Below, piece after piece: positions 25,778-39,075 of a stretch of DNA of 64,000 nucleotides. Source of the DNA: Octopus sinensis (taxonomy: Eukaryota); contig NC_042999.1 in NCBI RefSeq assembly GCF_006345805.1, positions 4,588,001 through 4,652,000 of the forward strand. Reading direction: 5' to 3'. How positions within the stretch are numbered: the first letter of the stretch is position 1; every line of letters begins with the position of its first letter. Position numbers and translations under genes: made by a program. The notes beneath the pieces were generated by a model. The model saw nothing but the letters and a program-made list of their open reading frames with translations. It made no database searches and had not been told where the DNA came from.

Positions 25778-25830
25778 AAGAATTACTCTCTCTGTATGTG
25801 TGTGTGTATAAATACACACACACACACCAG
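23915..25830. repeat. Compound ACATAATGTATGT(AT)n minisatellite split by a ~1.27-kb RTE-related insertion
   Basis: The same unit lies at 23915-24163 and 25430-25830 on both sides of 24165-25425. Confidence 0.8.
24700..25425 (-). mobile_element. RTE LINE RT C-terminal fragment, relatively intact
   Basis: ORFs 25199..25666 and 24762..25259: GEKLEIVDSFRYLG...RVKGRLYDACVRTAMLHGSETW...RRLRWYGHVARM...GRPRKTW. Confidence 0.9.
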
Positions 25831-26323
25831 CTGCATAGGGGCATAAAGAATTTCCCTATTTGATGACATTTTTTTTATATAAATGCAAATTCTGCTCAGT
25901 CTAGTAGTTGGCTGTGATTAAGTGATAAACATTATAAAAGGCGAAAAACATGAATCTCTTTTTCTTTCACTGAATTCAGCTCATTCTGTCACACTACATA
26001 TTGGAATATGAGAAGAGAAAGCAGTTACAAGAGAAAGGAAAAAAACTAGTAATCAGAAGTCAGCCAAGACAGTGAAATATAGAAAAGAACACAAGAGACA
26101 GGAAGAAAGATGTAAAAAGGAAAACATAGGAAGAAATAAGAGCTGAACAAGAGAAGTGTTGTGGGGATCAAAGAGATAATATGAGAAAATAATAGAAGTC
26201 CAGAGAGTGAGTGAGAATGAAAGAGACACAAAGTGAGAAAGAAATTTATGTATGACATCAAAGTGTGCAGATGGGGAGGAGAAGATTAAGAGAAGTGAAG
26301 ACAGATCTTGATCAAGAGAGGGT

Positions 26324-26354
<31 letters not shown>

Positions 26355-26422
26355 ATAGGCACAGACATGGCTATGTGGTGAAGACAGATCTTGATTGAGG
26401 TGGGGAAAAAGAGAGGTTAATA

Positions 26423-26465
<43 letters not shown>

Positions 26466-26481
26466 GTGTGTGTGTGTGTGT

Positions 26482-26750
26482 GGAGGCGCAATGGCCCAGT
26501 GGTTAGGGCAGCGGACTCGCGGTTTCAATTCCCAGACCGGGCATTGTGAGTGTTTATTGAGCAAAAACACCTAAAAGCTCCACGAGCCTCCAGCAGGGGT
26601 GGTGATCCCTGCTGTACTCTTTCACCACTCTTTCTTCTGTTGGCCTGCTCGCTTAGCCAGCGGGGTGGCGTCATTCGAAGACTAAAATAATGCGAACGCA
26701 TTGTGACCAGCGATGTGTAACTACATCTGATGGACTGGTTGGTCACGTGA
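26482..26750 (+). mobile_element. tRNA-headed SINE family C (related copies at 34140-34480, 44590-44900, 49105-49342 minus, 50930-51610, 62855-63000)
   Basis: TGGCYYAGTGGTTAG A-box, GTTYCRATTCC B-box, then a GAGCAARACAC body. Confidence 0.75.
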
Positions 26751-26898
26751 TCATGTGATATATATATATAGGCACAGACATGGTTGTGTGGTGAAAACAA
26801 AGTATATATATATATATATATATATGTATAGGGAGAGTTTATGAAAAAAACAAAAGATGAAGACAGGTGGTGTACAAAACTATATATATATATATATC

Positions 26899-26945
<47 letters not shown>

Positions 26946-27575
26946 CACAGACATGGCTGTGTGGTTGAGAACTTGCTTCCCAACTATGTAGTTTTGGATT
27001 CAGTCCCACTGCTTGGCACCTTGGGCAAATATCTTCTACTTTACTCCCAAAGCCAACCAAAACCTAAAGAGAAGATTTGGTAAATGGAATCTGCAAGAAG
27101 CTTTTGAGTGTGTGTCTGTGTATCTTGACATGTGTAGCCAGGGGGGAAGTATTACCTGACTTGGAAACAGGTAAGAGTTGACAACAGGAAGGGCATCTTG
27201 CCATAAAAACTCTGTCTTGAGAAATTCCATCTGACCCATGCAGGTAAAGGAAAAGTGAATTGTAAAGGAGGAGGAGGAAGAGGAGGGGAAGGGACGGAGG
27301 AAGAGGAGGGGAAGGGGAGGAGGAGGAAATGGGAGGAGGAGGAGGGAGGACTGATAAAGTTAGAAGAGTATCAGGGAAACATGAGCAGATTTTCAATTCA
27401 AATTTTTATGATGTAATTAATTACTTAACTGTAATGAGCAACAAGAAATATTTCATTAAACAAATACTTTCTTAATTTTATACAATTTATTATTTTTTTT
27501 TTACTTGTAAAGCTAACTGTACTAATCAGATATTCTTGGAACAAAAGAATTAAAAATAAAAAACAACCGTCTTAC

Positions 27576-27753
27576 GTTGAGTAGGAGGAAACCCTTGCGG
27601 GACCGCATATCCATAGGGTGGCTGGCCATATGGTGACTGGCCTGGCATTGGTTGGAACTGAGTATACTGTGGCATTTGTGGGACTTGACCAGGCATCTGA
27701 ATGTACTGCTGGTGAGCCATGTTTGGATTACTGTATAAATCCAACGGAGGATT
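27576..27753 (-). CDS. PEF1: PEF gene exon 2, Gln/Pro/Gly/Tyr-rich N-terminal domain (NPPLDLYSNPNMAHQQY...GFPPTQ)
   Basis: Acceptor TTTTTTTTTCATGTAG, donor GTAAG at 27575; 178 nt; overlaps ORF 27550..27744. Confidence 0.88.
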
Positions 27754-29122
27754 CTACATGAAAAAAAAAGACAAAACATTAAATACAAAATTTGTTATTC
27801 AGAAATTGAAAACCATTATCAGAACTTATTTAAATCCTTTCAATGCCACTCTTGGTCAAACAATACAAACTTCAGTTTTTAAAGTGTTTTAAATTAAAAC
27901 TTTGGCAAAATTACGCTAGTTTATGTTTCACACACCAGATAAATAATGACAAAGTAATTTCACTAGAATCTTTTTTAATTTCAAAATTAATCAAAACAAA
28001 GGCAGTGTAATTTAAGCCTTTATCATTAAAACCAGCCATATCCAGCCTCTCACACCTGCCCTACAATGCCATTCTAAAGATAATCACATCAGAAATTTCA
28101 AAGATAACAGATCATTTATGGTTAATTCAAAACAATGTGAACAAATAAGCATTACAGTTGACAGAATAATCTGAAAGCTAAAGGGTTAAGAGAAATATGG
28201 TCACAAAAGGATTTAAAAGAATTCATTTTTGTTTTTCTTTTTAAATTTTAAAATATACATTTACTAAAATGGATTATAGTTCTTAAAATTATTTTAAATA
28301 TAATTGTAAAAGAGATTGGAGCAAGCATCTTATAGCAGTGCCATCTTAAGGTATGGGAACACCAGGCTGTTACCCAAAGGCCTCATGGGTGTAGAGGCCC
28401 AATTCTGACCTATGTATGCTTTGCTCTCAATGCCACAGGATCTTCCCATTCTCTATCGTCAGCCATGTCAGCTCCCATGAGAAACAGTGTGTTGCAGGTG
28501 GAGGAGGCGGAATGTCTCAGCTCAATGCTGTCATCACCTTTGATTGGCTGTCATAAGCAGGTAAGCAAGCAATAAATAAATAAATACAAGAGGGCCCAGT
28601 GCTTTGATTTTCTCAGGACCCTACAATACAGCTAAGACTGCTCTGTCTTATAGCAAATGATATTTTTCTAATGGTAGCAACCAAACCATAAAACAGAACT
28701 AGTTGGAACTAGGATACCGACTAGTAAGCAATTTCCATTACTGCTTGTGGGATTTAAAGCAACTACACCCATTATTTACTAACATTGTGCAGAAATAGGA
28801 ACAGGAGTGGCTGTGTGGTAAGAAGCTTGCTTCCCATCCACATGGTTCTGGGTTCAGTCCAACTGCATGGCTCCTTGGGAAAGTGTCTTCTACTATAGCC
28901 TCGGGCTACCAAAGCCTTGTGAGTGGATTTGGTAATAAATATATATATATATATATACATAGGTGTAGGAGTGGCTGTGTGGTAAGTAGCTTGTTTACCA
29001 ACCACATAGTTCCGGGTTCAGTCCCACTGCATGGCACTTTGGGCAAGTGTCTTCTACTATAGCCTTGGGCCAACCAAAGCCTTGTGAGTGGATTTGGTAG
29101 ACGGAAACTAAAACAAGCCCAT

Positions 29123-29155
<33 letters not shown>

Positions 29156-29910
29156 ATTTATGCATCAGTGTTTGTCCCCAACCCCAACCATCACATGACA
29201 ACCGACGTTGGTGTCTACGTCCCTGTGACTTAGCGGTTTGGCAAAAGGGGCAGATAGAATAAGTACCAAGCTTACAAAGAATAAGTCCTGGGATATTTTT
29301 GTTTGACTAAAGGCAGTGCTTCATGTGGAGAAAAGATAAACTGTTGCATTACCAGGTGAAAAGTGTTATTGATTGTGTAAGCCTCAGTCACTGAGTGTGA
29401 GCAAAATGATAAACTGTGGATGAGGTCGTTAAGGTTTATTGTTAAATGACTGATAGCAAGCAATGTGTACAGCAATTATCAACGTTGCTCTAAGCAGCAA
29501 TTCATACAAATAACTATCATTAAAAGAAACAGATCGTCTAACAGAACAACAAAACAATAATTACTGTTTAATTATTGAAGAGAGATAATGAGTCGGGGAA
29601 TGACATTTAGATACTGATAACTTTTATGAAGCTAAAAACCATGGAAAAACCACTACAACTCATTTCCCTCACATTCACCCAGTCCATCCAGACTCTCTTC
29701 TACTCTTTTACTTGTTTCAGTCATTTGACCGTGGTCATGCTGGAGCACCACCTTTAGTCGAGCAAATCGACCCCAGGACTTAGTCTATCGGTCTCTTTTG
29801 CCGAACCGCTGAGTTACGGTGATGTAAACACACCAGTATCAGTTGTCAAGTAATAGTGGGGGGACAAACATAGACACACAAATACACACACACACACATA
29901 TATATATGAT

Positions 29911-32245
29911 GGGCTTCTTTCAGTTTCCGTCTACCAAATCCACTCACAAGGCTTTGGTCGGCCCGAAGCTATAGTAGAAAACACTTGCCCAAGGTGCCAC
30001 GTAGTGGGACTGAACCCGGAACCATGTGGTTGGTAAACAAGCTACTTACCACATAGCCACTCCTACGTCTAGACTGATGTGTAGTTTTTTTTTTCTTTTT
30101 CTTTTTCACTTGACAATCTATTTTTATAAAATCATCTGGTAAATGATGAGTAAAAATTACATCAACATGGCTTAATGTCCACTTTTCCATGCTTGCATGG
30201 TTTCAATGGAATTTGTTAAGGCAGGTTTCAACAGTAGGATGCTTTCCTGTAACCAGCCTCCACCTGTTTAACAAAAAAAAGGTAATATTTTCCCACTGCC
30301 AGACATGTTTTCCACCGAAGACAGGAAATGAAAACATTGCTTGTTTGATGGTGACACTCATTTACAAGCATCGTGTGACGTTAAGACAACAGTACACACA
30401 CACTGTATGAATGTATGTAAACAGGAAAGGTTTAACAAGTGCCAACACACAGAACTCTCAGCGGTTGAATCACTGTTGCTATTGCTATGTATGCATGTGT
30501 TGTAAAGTGGTCTTTTGCCACTGCTGTATTTGTCGTTTGACAACGGCTGTCACTGACAGATATTCTTATATTCTGAAGTCATCGATAAAATGTTTCTATC
30601 TGGTACTGTAACGACCCCCAGTCATACAGAGTTATTATCCTCAAGAGGTTGGATTTCCATGCTAGCATGGGTTGGACGGTTCGACCAGGGTCTGAGAAAC
30701 CTAGGAGGCTGCACCAGGCTCCAGTCTGATCTGGCAGTGTTTTTGCAGCTGGATACCCTTCCTAACGCCAACCACTCCGTGAGTGTAGTGGGTGCTTTTT
30801 ACGTGCCACCGGCACAGGGGCCAGAGGAGGATGGCAAACTGCCACGATTGGATGGTGCTTTTATGTGTCACCGACACGTTCGGACTATGCTTTTTACGTG
30901 TCACCGCCACGGGCATCTGAACTACAATTTCCATTTGATTTTTATTTTGATGCTGGTGTTGACAAACTTGACTCAATAGGTCTCCTCAAGAACATGTAAT
31001 GCTAATATCAAATGGTGAGACTGAGTGCTCCAGCTCTGCATTACATACAAATATATACATACACATATATACATATATACAACGGGCTTCTTTCAGTTTC
31101 CGTCTACCAAATCCACTCACAAGGCTTTGGTCGGCCCGAGGCTATAGTAGAAGACACTTGCCCAAGGTGCCACGCAGTGGGACTGAACCCGGAACCATGT
31201 GGTTGGTAAACAAGCTACTTACCACAGCCACTCCTACGTCTAGACGGATGTGTAGTTTTTTTATTTTTTTATTTTTCACTTGACAATCTATTTTTATAAA
31301 ATCATCTGGCAAATGATGAGCAAAAATTACATCAACATGGCTCTATGTCCACTTTTCCATGCTTGCATGGTTTCAATGGAATTTGTTAAGGCAGGTTTCC
31401 GACAGTCGGATGCGTTTCCTGTCACCAGCCTCCACCTGTTTAACAAAAAAAAGGTAATATTTTCCCACTGCCAGACATGTTTTCCACCGAAGACAGGAAA
31501 TGAAAACATTGCTTGTTTGATGGTGACACTCATTTACAAGCATCGTGTGACGTTAAGACAACAGTACACACACACTGTATGAATGTATGTAAACAGGAAA
31601 GGTTTGACAAGTGCCAACACACAGAACTCTCAGCCGTTGAATCACTGTTGCTATTGCTATGTATATGCATGTGTTGTAAAGTGGTCTTTTGCCACTGCTG
31701 TATTTGTCGTTTGACAACGGCTGTCGCTCTGACAGATATTCTTATATTCCGAAGTCATCGATAAAATGTTTCTATCTGGTACTGTAACGACCCCCAGTCA
31801 TACAGAGTTATTATCCTCAAGAGGTTGGATTTCCATGCTAGCATGGGTTGGACGATTCAACCGGGGTCTGAGAAGCCAGGAGGCTGCACCAGGCTCCAGT
31901 CTGATCTGGCAGTGTTTCTACAGCTGGATGCCCTTCCTAATGCCAACCACTCCGCAAGTGTAGTGGGTGCTTTTTACGTGCCACCGGCACAGGGGCCAGG
32001 CAAGGCTGGCAAACAGTCACGATCGGTTGGTGCTTTTACGTGTCACCGACACATTCGGACTGTGCTTTTTACGTGTCACCGCCACGGGTATCTGAACTAC
32101 AATTTCCATTTGATTTTTTATTTTGATGTTGGTTTTGACAAACTTGACTGAATAGGTCTCCTCAAGAACATGTAATGCTAATATCAAATGGTGAGACTGA
32201 GTGCTCCAGCTCTGCATTACATACAAATATATACATATATACAAC
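29911..32245. repeat. Tandem duplication of a ~1.17-kb unit (29911-31083 and 31084-32245)
   Basis: Colinear near-identical unique sequence plus nested repeats; the SINE segment GGGCTTCTTTCAG occurs at 29911, 31084 and 32246. Confidence 0.95.
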
Positions 32246-32781
32246 GGGCTTCTTTCAGTTTCCATCTACCAAATCCACTCACAAGGCTTTGGTTGGTCCG
32301 AGGCTATAGTATAAGACACTTGCCCAGGTGCCACGCAGTGGGACTGAACCCAGAACCATGTGATTCGTAAGCAAGCTACTTACCACACAGCCACTCCTAT
32401 GCGTATAAGCTAGCTTATAAACTACAATTACCAGGCAGATTTCAGAGACACAGATGTCCCAAATTCCTGTTTACAAGTGGACTCTCAAGCCTCCAACAGG
32501 AAAACATTCAGCATAGCAATGGAATTGTGTCGTTATGAGAATGACAGAGAGGAGGGAGAGACTTAAAATAGATTAAACCGGATAATATCTGGTTCATCAT
32601 CATCATTGTTTTAAAATCCATTTCTCCATGCTTGGATGGAATTTGTTGCAGATTTTCTACAACTGGACGTGCTTCCTATAGTCAATCCCAAACTATTTCC
32701 AAGCAAGTATACATTTCCCCGTGACCGATATTGGAAATGAACGACAGCCATTTACAACAAACACGTGATGCCACACATACA

Positions 32782-33283
32782 TCATATATATATATAAAAG
32801 AGAGGTTGTGTGCTGTCTGTCTCCTACGATTTAGATTCCTAACTACTCCCACATTTTGCGGTGCAGTTTAACCAAAACCAGGTATCTTATAGTCGTGATT
32901 CATATCGAGCCCTTCTGGGTATTAGCGCGTGTCTACAGTGAGTCAACGATTTAAAAAAAAATTTACCATCATTTTTTTCCATTTTAATGCATTTTTTCGC
33001 TATTATATAAGGGAAGTAACTCTCTAAAAATGTCTACGATGAGTCAACGATTTAAAAAAAAATTTACCATAATTTTTTTCCATTTTAATGCATTTTGCTA
33101 TTATATAAGGGAAGTAACTCTCTAAAAATGTCTACGATGAGTCAACGATTTAAAAAAAAATTTACCATCATTTTTTTCCCATTTTTAAAGCATTTTTATG
33201 CTATTTTTTGGCTATAACTCTCTAAAAATGCTTATATAGCTATTTCCCTTAAAAACCTGAGCAACGCCGGGCGATACTGCTAG
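32782..33283 (+). mobile_element. Non-autonomous Helitron-like element with an internal ~95-bp triplicated segment
   Basis: 5' TC(A)TATATATATAAAAG; 3' GCAACGCCGGGCGATACTGCTAG-T terminus; GTCTACGATGAGTCAACGATTT unit occurs three times. Confidence 0.75.
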
Positions 33284-36262
33284 TATATATATATATATTA
33301 TCCGCCGAGGTCGACTTTGCCTTTCATATTTTCAGGGTCGATAAATTAAGTACCAGTTGCCTACTGGGGTGAATCTAATCAACTGGCCCCCTCCTCAAAA
33401 ATTTTGGGCTTTGTGCCTACAGTAGAAAAGAATATTTATATATTATATGTAAAACAGTTTGATTTGGTTGCATGTAAAAAGCACCATTTGGGCATGATTG
33501 TTACCAGTGTCGCCTTACTGGCACTCATGCCCATGGTACATGAAAAACAACATTCGAGCAAGGGTGTTGCCAGTGCCGCTAGACTGGCTCCTGTGCAGGT
33601 GACACGTAAAACCACCATTTGAGCATGGCCATTGCCACTACCGCATGACTGGCCCTTGTGCCAGTGGCACGTAAAAGCACCCACTACACTCTCAGAGTGG
33701 TTGGCATTAGGAAGGGCAACCAGCTGTAGAAACACTGCCAGATCAGATTGAAGCCTGGTGCAGCCATCTGGTTCGCCAGACCTCAGTCAAATCGACCAAC
33801 CCATGCTAGCATGGAAAGCAGACGTTAAACGATGATGATGATACATAAATATAAAATAGGCTTCTTTCAGTTTCCATCAAACAAATCCCCTCACAAGGAG
33901 CACTTGGCAAAGGTGTCACACAGTGGGACTGAACCCAAAACCAGGTGGTTGGGAGGCAAACTTCTTAACCACACATCCAGGTCTGCACTTTATGTTTATT
34001 ATTAGTGCCACTTCACTGAAAACAGGGCTTCAGAATGCCCTCATGGCCTTTTCTTAGCTCCTTCCATGCCCACCCTTTTGACACCAACATGCCTGAAACT
34101 GCCCTTGGTTCCATAATACAAACTTCCTATTTTAAAGGAGTGAAGGTGCATGGCTCAGTGGTTAGAGCATCAAGCTTATGATCGTGAGGTTGTGAGTTCG
34201 AATCCTGGACTGGGCTGCATGTTGTGTTCTTGAGCAAGACACTTTATTTCACATTGCTCCAGTTCACTCAGCTGTAGAAATGAGTTGCAACATCACTGGT
34301 GCCAAGCTGTATCGGCTGTTACCTTTCCCTTGGATAACACTGGTGGCGTGGAGAGGGGAGGCTGGTATGCATGGGCGACTGCTGGTCTTCCATAAACAAC
34401 CTTGCCCAGACTTGTGCCTGGGAGGGTAACTTTTTAAGTGCAATCCCACAGTCAGTCATGACCAAAGGGGGACTCAATTTTAAAGGGTTTCAAATGAAAC
34501 CTTCTATGAAAATCCCATGCAAATTTATGTTCCAAACACCAGCTTGGTAATCCTCTCTATTATAGGCTCATGGCCTGAAATTTTGAGGGAGATGGCTAGT
34601 CAACTACATCGACATCACTGTTTGACCAGTACTTATTTTATCAACCTTGAAAGAATGAAAGGCAAAGTTGACCTTGGTGGAATTTGAACTCAGAACATAA
34701 AAGACAGATGAAATGCTGCTAAGCATTTTACCTGATGTGCAAACAATACAATTCTGCCAGCTCACTGCTACTGCCACCACCACCATCATCATCATCATCG
34801 TTTAACGTCCATTTTCCATGCTGGCATGGGTTGGATGGTTTGACTGAGGTCTGGAGAGCCAGGAGGCTGCACCAGGCTTCAATCTTGATCTGGCAGAGTT
34901 TCTACAGTTGGATGCCCTTCCTAATGCCAACCATTCCGAGAGTGTAGTGGGTGATTTTTACATGCCAGCAGCACTGGGGTCGATGTAATCGACAATTCAT
35001 GTGTCTGTCCTTGTTTGTGGGTAATAAAGAAACTGGTATTTCGTCTGTCTTTACGTTCTGAGTTCAAATTCTGCCGAGGTCAACTTTGCTTTTCATCCTT
35101 TCGGGGTCAATAAATTAAGTACCAGTTACGCACTGGGGTCGATATAATCGACTTAATCCCTTTGTCTGTCCTTGTTTGTCCCTTCTGTGTTTAGCCCCTT
35201 GTGGGCAGTAAAGAAATAAGAAACAGACGTGTGTGTGTGTGTATTTGTGTCCCACAACCAGTTGACGACTGTTGTTAGTGTGTATAACTTAGTGGTTCAG
35301 CAAAATACACTAATAAAATAAATATCAGGCTTAAAAAGAAAATATGCATTGGTGGGGTGGGGGTCAATTCACTTGATTAAAATTCCTCCAGCCAGGCTGC
35401 CCCAGCATGGCCACAGTCTAATGACTGAAACAAATAAAAGACAAAAATATAAAGATCATTTTCAAAATTGACTGAAATGAAGGCAGTGTATTTCAACAGA
35501 AATATGACACCAGAAGGGTCAACTCCATTTACTCCTTTTGATACCAACCTGGCTAAAACCACCTCCAGCCCCGTCGTACAAATGTCTTATTTTTCTAAGT
35601 TCTGAATTAAAATCTTCCAGCAAACCTTAGTCACAATTTATGTTCCCAACACTAGCTTAATGATAACTAAGTTATTTTACTAAATTCTTTGTTATATTTA
35701 AAATTAATTGAAAGAAACAGAGCATCTCAAAAGAAATATGGTAGCAAAATAGTTAAAGTCTCCATGATATTTTTAACCCTTTTGATACCAACCTGGCTGA
35801 ACCCACCTCTGGCTCTGTAGTACAAATGTCTTGTTTCCATAAGTTTTGACTTAAAATCTTCCACCAAACCTTAGTCCCAATTTATGTTCCTAACACTAAC
35901 TGAATGATAACTAAGTTATTTTACTAAATTCTTTGCTATATTTAAAATTAATTGAAAGAAACACAGAACATCTCAACAGAAATATAGTAATGAAATGGTT
36001 GAGCCATTTTTTTCTCAAGTGTCACAGTATGAAGAAAACATTACCAAAATGAACAATATCAAATGCCCTCAATGACCAATAAATGTTGTTTACTTTCTAA
36101 AAACATTTGCATAAGCACTTTATTCGATTTTATCAATAATCAATGACATTTTGATAAGCTATCAATAGATGAAGTCCATCTCTTGCTCTTTCATCTTCAG
36201 ACAGTACTGAAATGGCAGAAATAGCACAACTTCCTGTTGCACATTCGCTATAAATACCAACA

Positions 36263-36672
36263 GGTGCAGGAGTGGCTGTGTGGTAAGTACCTTGCTTACC
36301 AACCACATGGTTCTGGGTTCAGTCCCACTGCGTGGCACCTTGGGCAAGTGTCTTCTACTATAGCCTTGGGCCGACCAAAGCCTTGTGAGTGGATTTGGTA
36401 GACGGAAACTGAAAGAAGCCCGTCATATATATGTATATATATATATGTGTGTGTGCGTGTATGTTTGTGTGTCTGTGTTTGTCCCTCCAACATTGCTTGA
36501 CAACCGATGCTGGTGTGTTTATGTCCCCGTCACTTAGTGGTTCGGCAAAAAGAGACCAATAGAATAAGTACTGGGCTCACAAAGAATAAGTCCCGGGGTC
36601 GATTTGCTCAACTAAAGGCGGTGCTCCAGCATGGCCGCAATCAAATGACTGAAACAAGTAAAAAAGTAAAAG
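36263..36672 (+). mobile_element. SINE family A copy
   Basis: Full-length match to the family A pattern. Confidence 0.88.
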
Positions 36673-38647
36673 TAAGTATGTCTATGCAAAAACACCAAAA
36701 ACCACAACGGTTAACAAGCATCACTCATACATTTAATGTCCATTTTTCCATGCCTGCACGGATCAGAGAGAATTTGTTGAGGCACATTTTCTACAGTTGG
36801 ATGCCCTTGCTGTTGCCAACCTTAACTTGTTCCCAAGCAAATTAATACTTTCCCATGAACAGTTTCCATGGAAAATTAGAAAGCAACAAACTGCTTGGAT
36901 GACGATGATGCTAATTTACAACCATCACATGATAGTCTAGATAAGAGTACACACACACACACACACACACGAACAGGCTTCTTTCAGTTTCCATCTGCCA
37001 AATGCACTCACAAGGCTTTGACCAGCCTGTGGCTGTTGTAGAAAACACTTGCCCAAGATGCCATAGAGAGGGACTGAAACCAAGACCACACAGTTGAGAA
37101 GCAGGCGCCATAACTGTACAGCTGCTCACAAAGTGTGGTTATCAATAAATCAATCAGCTGTTGTCAAATGATTGATCAAGGAGGCCTATGTCTACTGTGT
37201 CTAACATTCCTAAAGGCCATCTTACAGAGATTGTTCAGTGAGACTCTAATACCTGGGTTTCCTCGATAATCCACGATCTCTGCCATACATCTCAACACTC
37301 ATGAGAAAGACACGAACAAGGGTGGGTGTCAGTTCAGCTGAGAGTGTTGAGAGACAGACAGGGTAGAGATCCTGGCATAGCAAAGTCTGTGAAATTATCA
37401 AAAAATGGTGAATATTATACAATGCTATGAAGAAGCAACTCCCAACTGAAATATTCAGAGAGAACATTGAGAGAATATTTTAGTTTTGTGGCCATCATCA
37501 AGGAAGCCTACAGGGATAGATTCTCTGTGCTAGACAGAGATGTAGACCGATTCAGATTTATTCAGCCCCTGACAGTGGGTAACAACTAGCATTAACACCA
37601 TTACAAATGCACAGTGGAAGACACACCCTCATGTCTGTTATGGATGACTTAAGCATATAAGATCAGAAACCATCAACTGGATCAAGAAAAAATCCACCAT
37701 AAAATGGAGATGCAAACACAGAGATGACTCTGGCTGTTGAAGCTCGAGTATTTCATGGATGAAGTAATGGTTCCTCAATGTCCACAGGATGTCTAATATT
37801 TCTGTTTCAATGGAGTTCAATTCATTACCCAGCACCATTCTATGAACTTGGATAAGGACTGGTTTTCATATGAAATTCAACATGGCTGTAGATGTCTATG
37901 TGCATCACTTTGTGGACTAAACAAGGAAACTGTCATCATCATCATCATCATCTTAATGTCCAGTTTTCCATACTTGCATGGGTTTGACCACAGTCTCCAG
38001 CAGCTTCACGTTGCCATCTGAATTGAGCCCAAGGCTGCCCTGTTCAAAGATGCAGGGCAGCATGATGTCATCCACTGGAGACGCACCCAAAGACCATGGT
38101 TTTGCTAATACATGGGACATCACATGGATTGTAGGCAAGCCGCTTGTTGTTCTGTCAAATGGTCCTCATTGGCCTTGGTTATCAGAATTTGTTCCTTGCA
38201 CCTCCTGTACAAGTGGTAAGGTCCTCATTCAGTACCAGCTTCATGGTGGCAACTCCAAAACCCATATTTCTTGCCAAAGCCCCTTACTTGAATTTTCATT
38301 CACCTTATCCTGCAGTTGCTGGATAAAGTCCAGCATATGGATGCAGTCAGATGCCTGCTGTGTCCCTTCCTGCTGGTCACGGCTTCATAGTCTCCATTGA
38401 AGCTGTCCACGTCACATCTTACAGCCTTTAGTGACCACAGGGCATTGAGCGGCAGTTATGATGTCAGCATTTTCATACCCACTACAAATCCATCCTCATG
38501 ATACAGGTAACTCCTTTCCAACATTCAAATGGCTTCCAGTCCTCCATGTCAGCTAACTTTCTCTCAACTACAACTTTAATCTCTATGCTCTCCAACACCA
38601 TTGACTGTTCAACCAATACAACAAGCTGTTCCTGAATAAAAGGAGAC

Positions 38648-38815
38648 ATAGGCGTAGGAGTGGCTGTGTGGTAAGTAGCTTGCTAACCAACCACATGGTT
38701 CCGGGTTGAGTCCCACTGCGTGGCACCTTGGGCAAGTGTCTTCTACTATAGCCTTGGGCCGACCAATGCCTTGTGAGTGGATTTGGTAGACGGAAACTGA
38801 AAGAAGCCTATCATA

Positions 38816-38862
<47 letters not shown>

Positions 38863-39075
38863 TATATATAAATGTGTGTTTGTCCCCCTAGCATTGCTTG
38901 ACAACTGATGCTGGTGTGTTTATGTCCCCGTTACTTAGCGGTTCGGCAAAAGAGACCGATAGAATAAGTACTGGGCTTACAAAAAGAATAAGTCCCGGGG
39001 TCGAGTTGCTCGATTAAAGGCGATGCTCCAGCATGGCCGCAGTCAACTGACTGAAACAAGTAAAAGAGTAAAGAG
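38648..39075 (+). mobile_element. SINE family A copy
   Basis: Full-length match to the family A pattern. Confidence 0.88.

Noticed and set aside
23687-25863. Many Tyr-Ile / Cys-Val repeat ORFs (also near 20368-20701, 60777-61212, 63444-63997)
   Set aside because: Microsatellite translations; only the embedded PEF exon and RTE segments are meaningful.
37130-37920. Coding-like composition suggesting a decayed transposase
   Set aside because: Multiple stops and no diagnostic DDE/D motif could be identified by eye.
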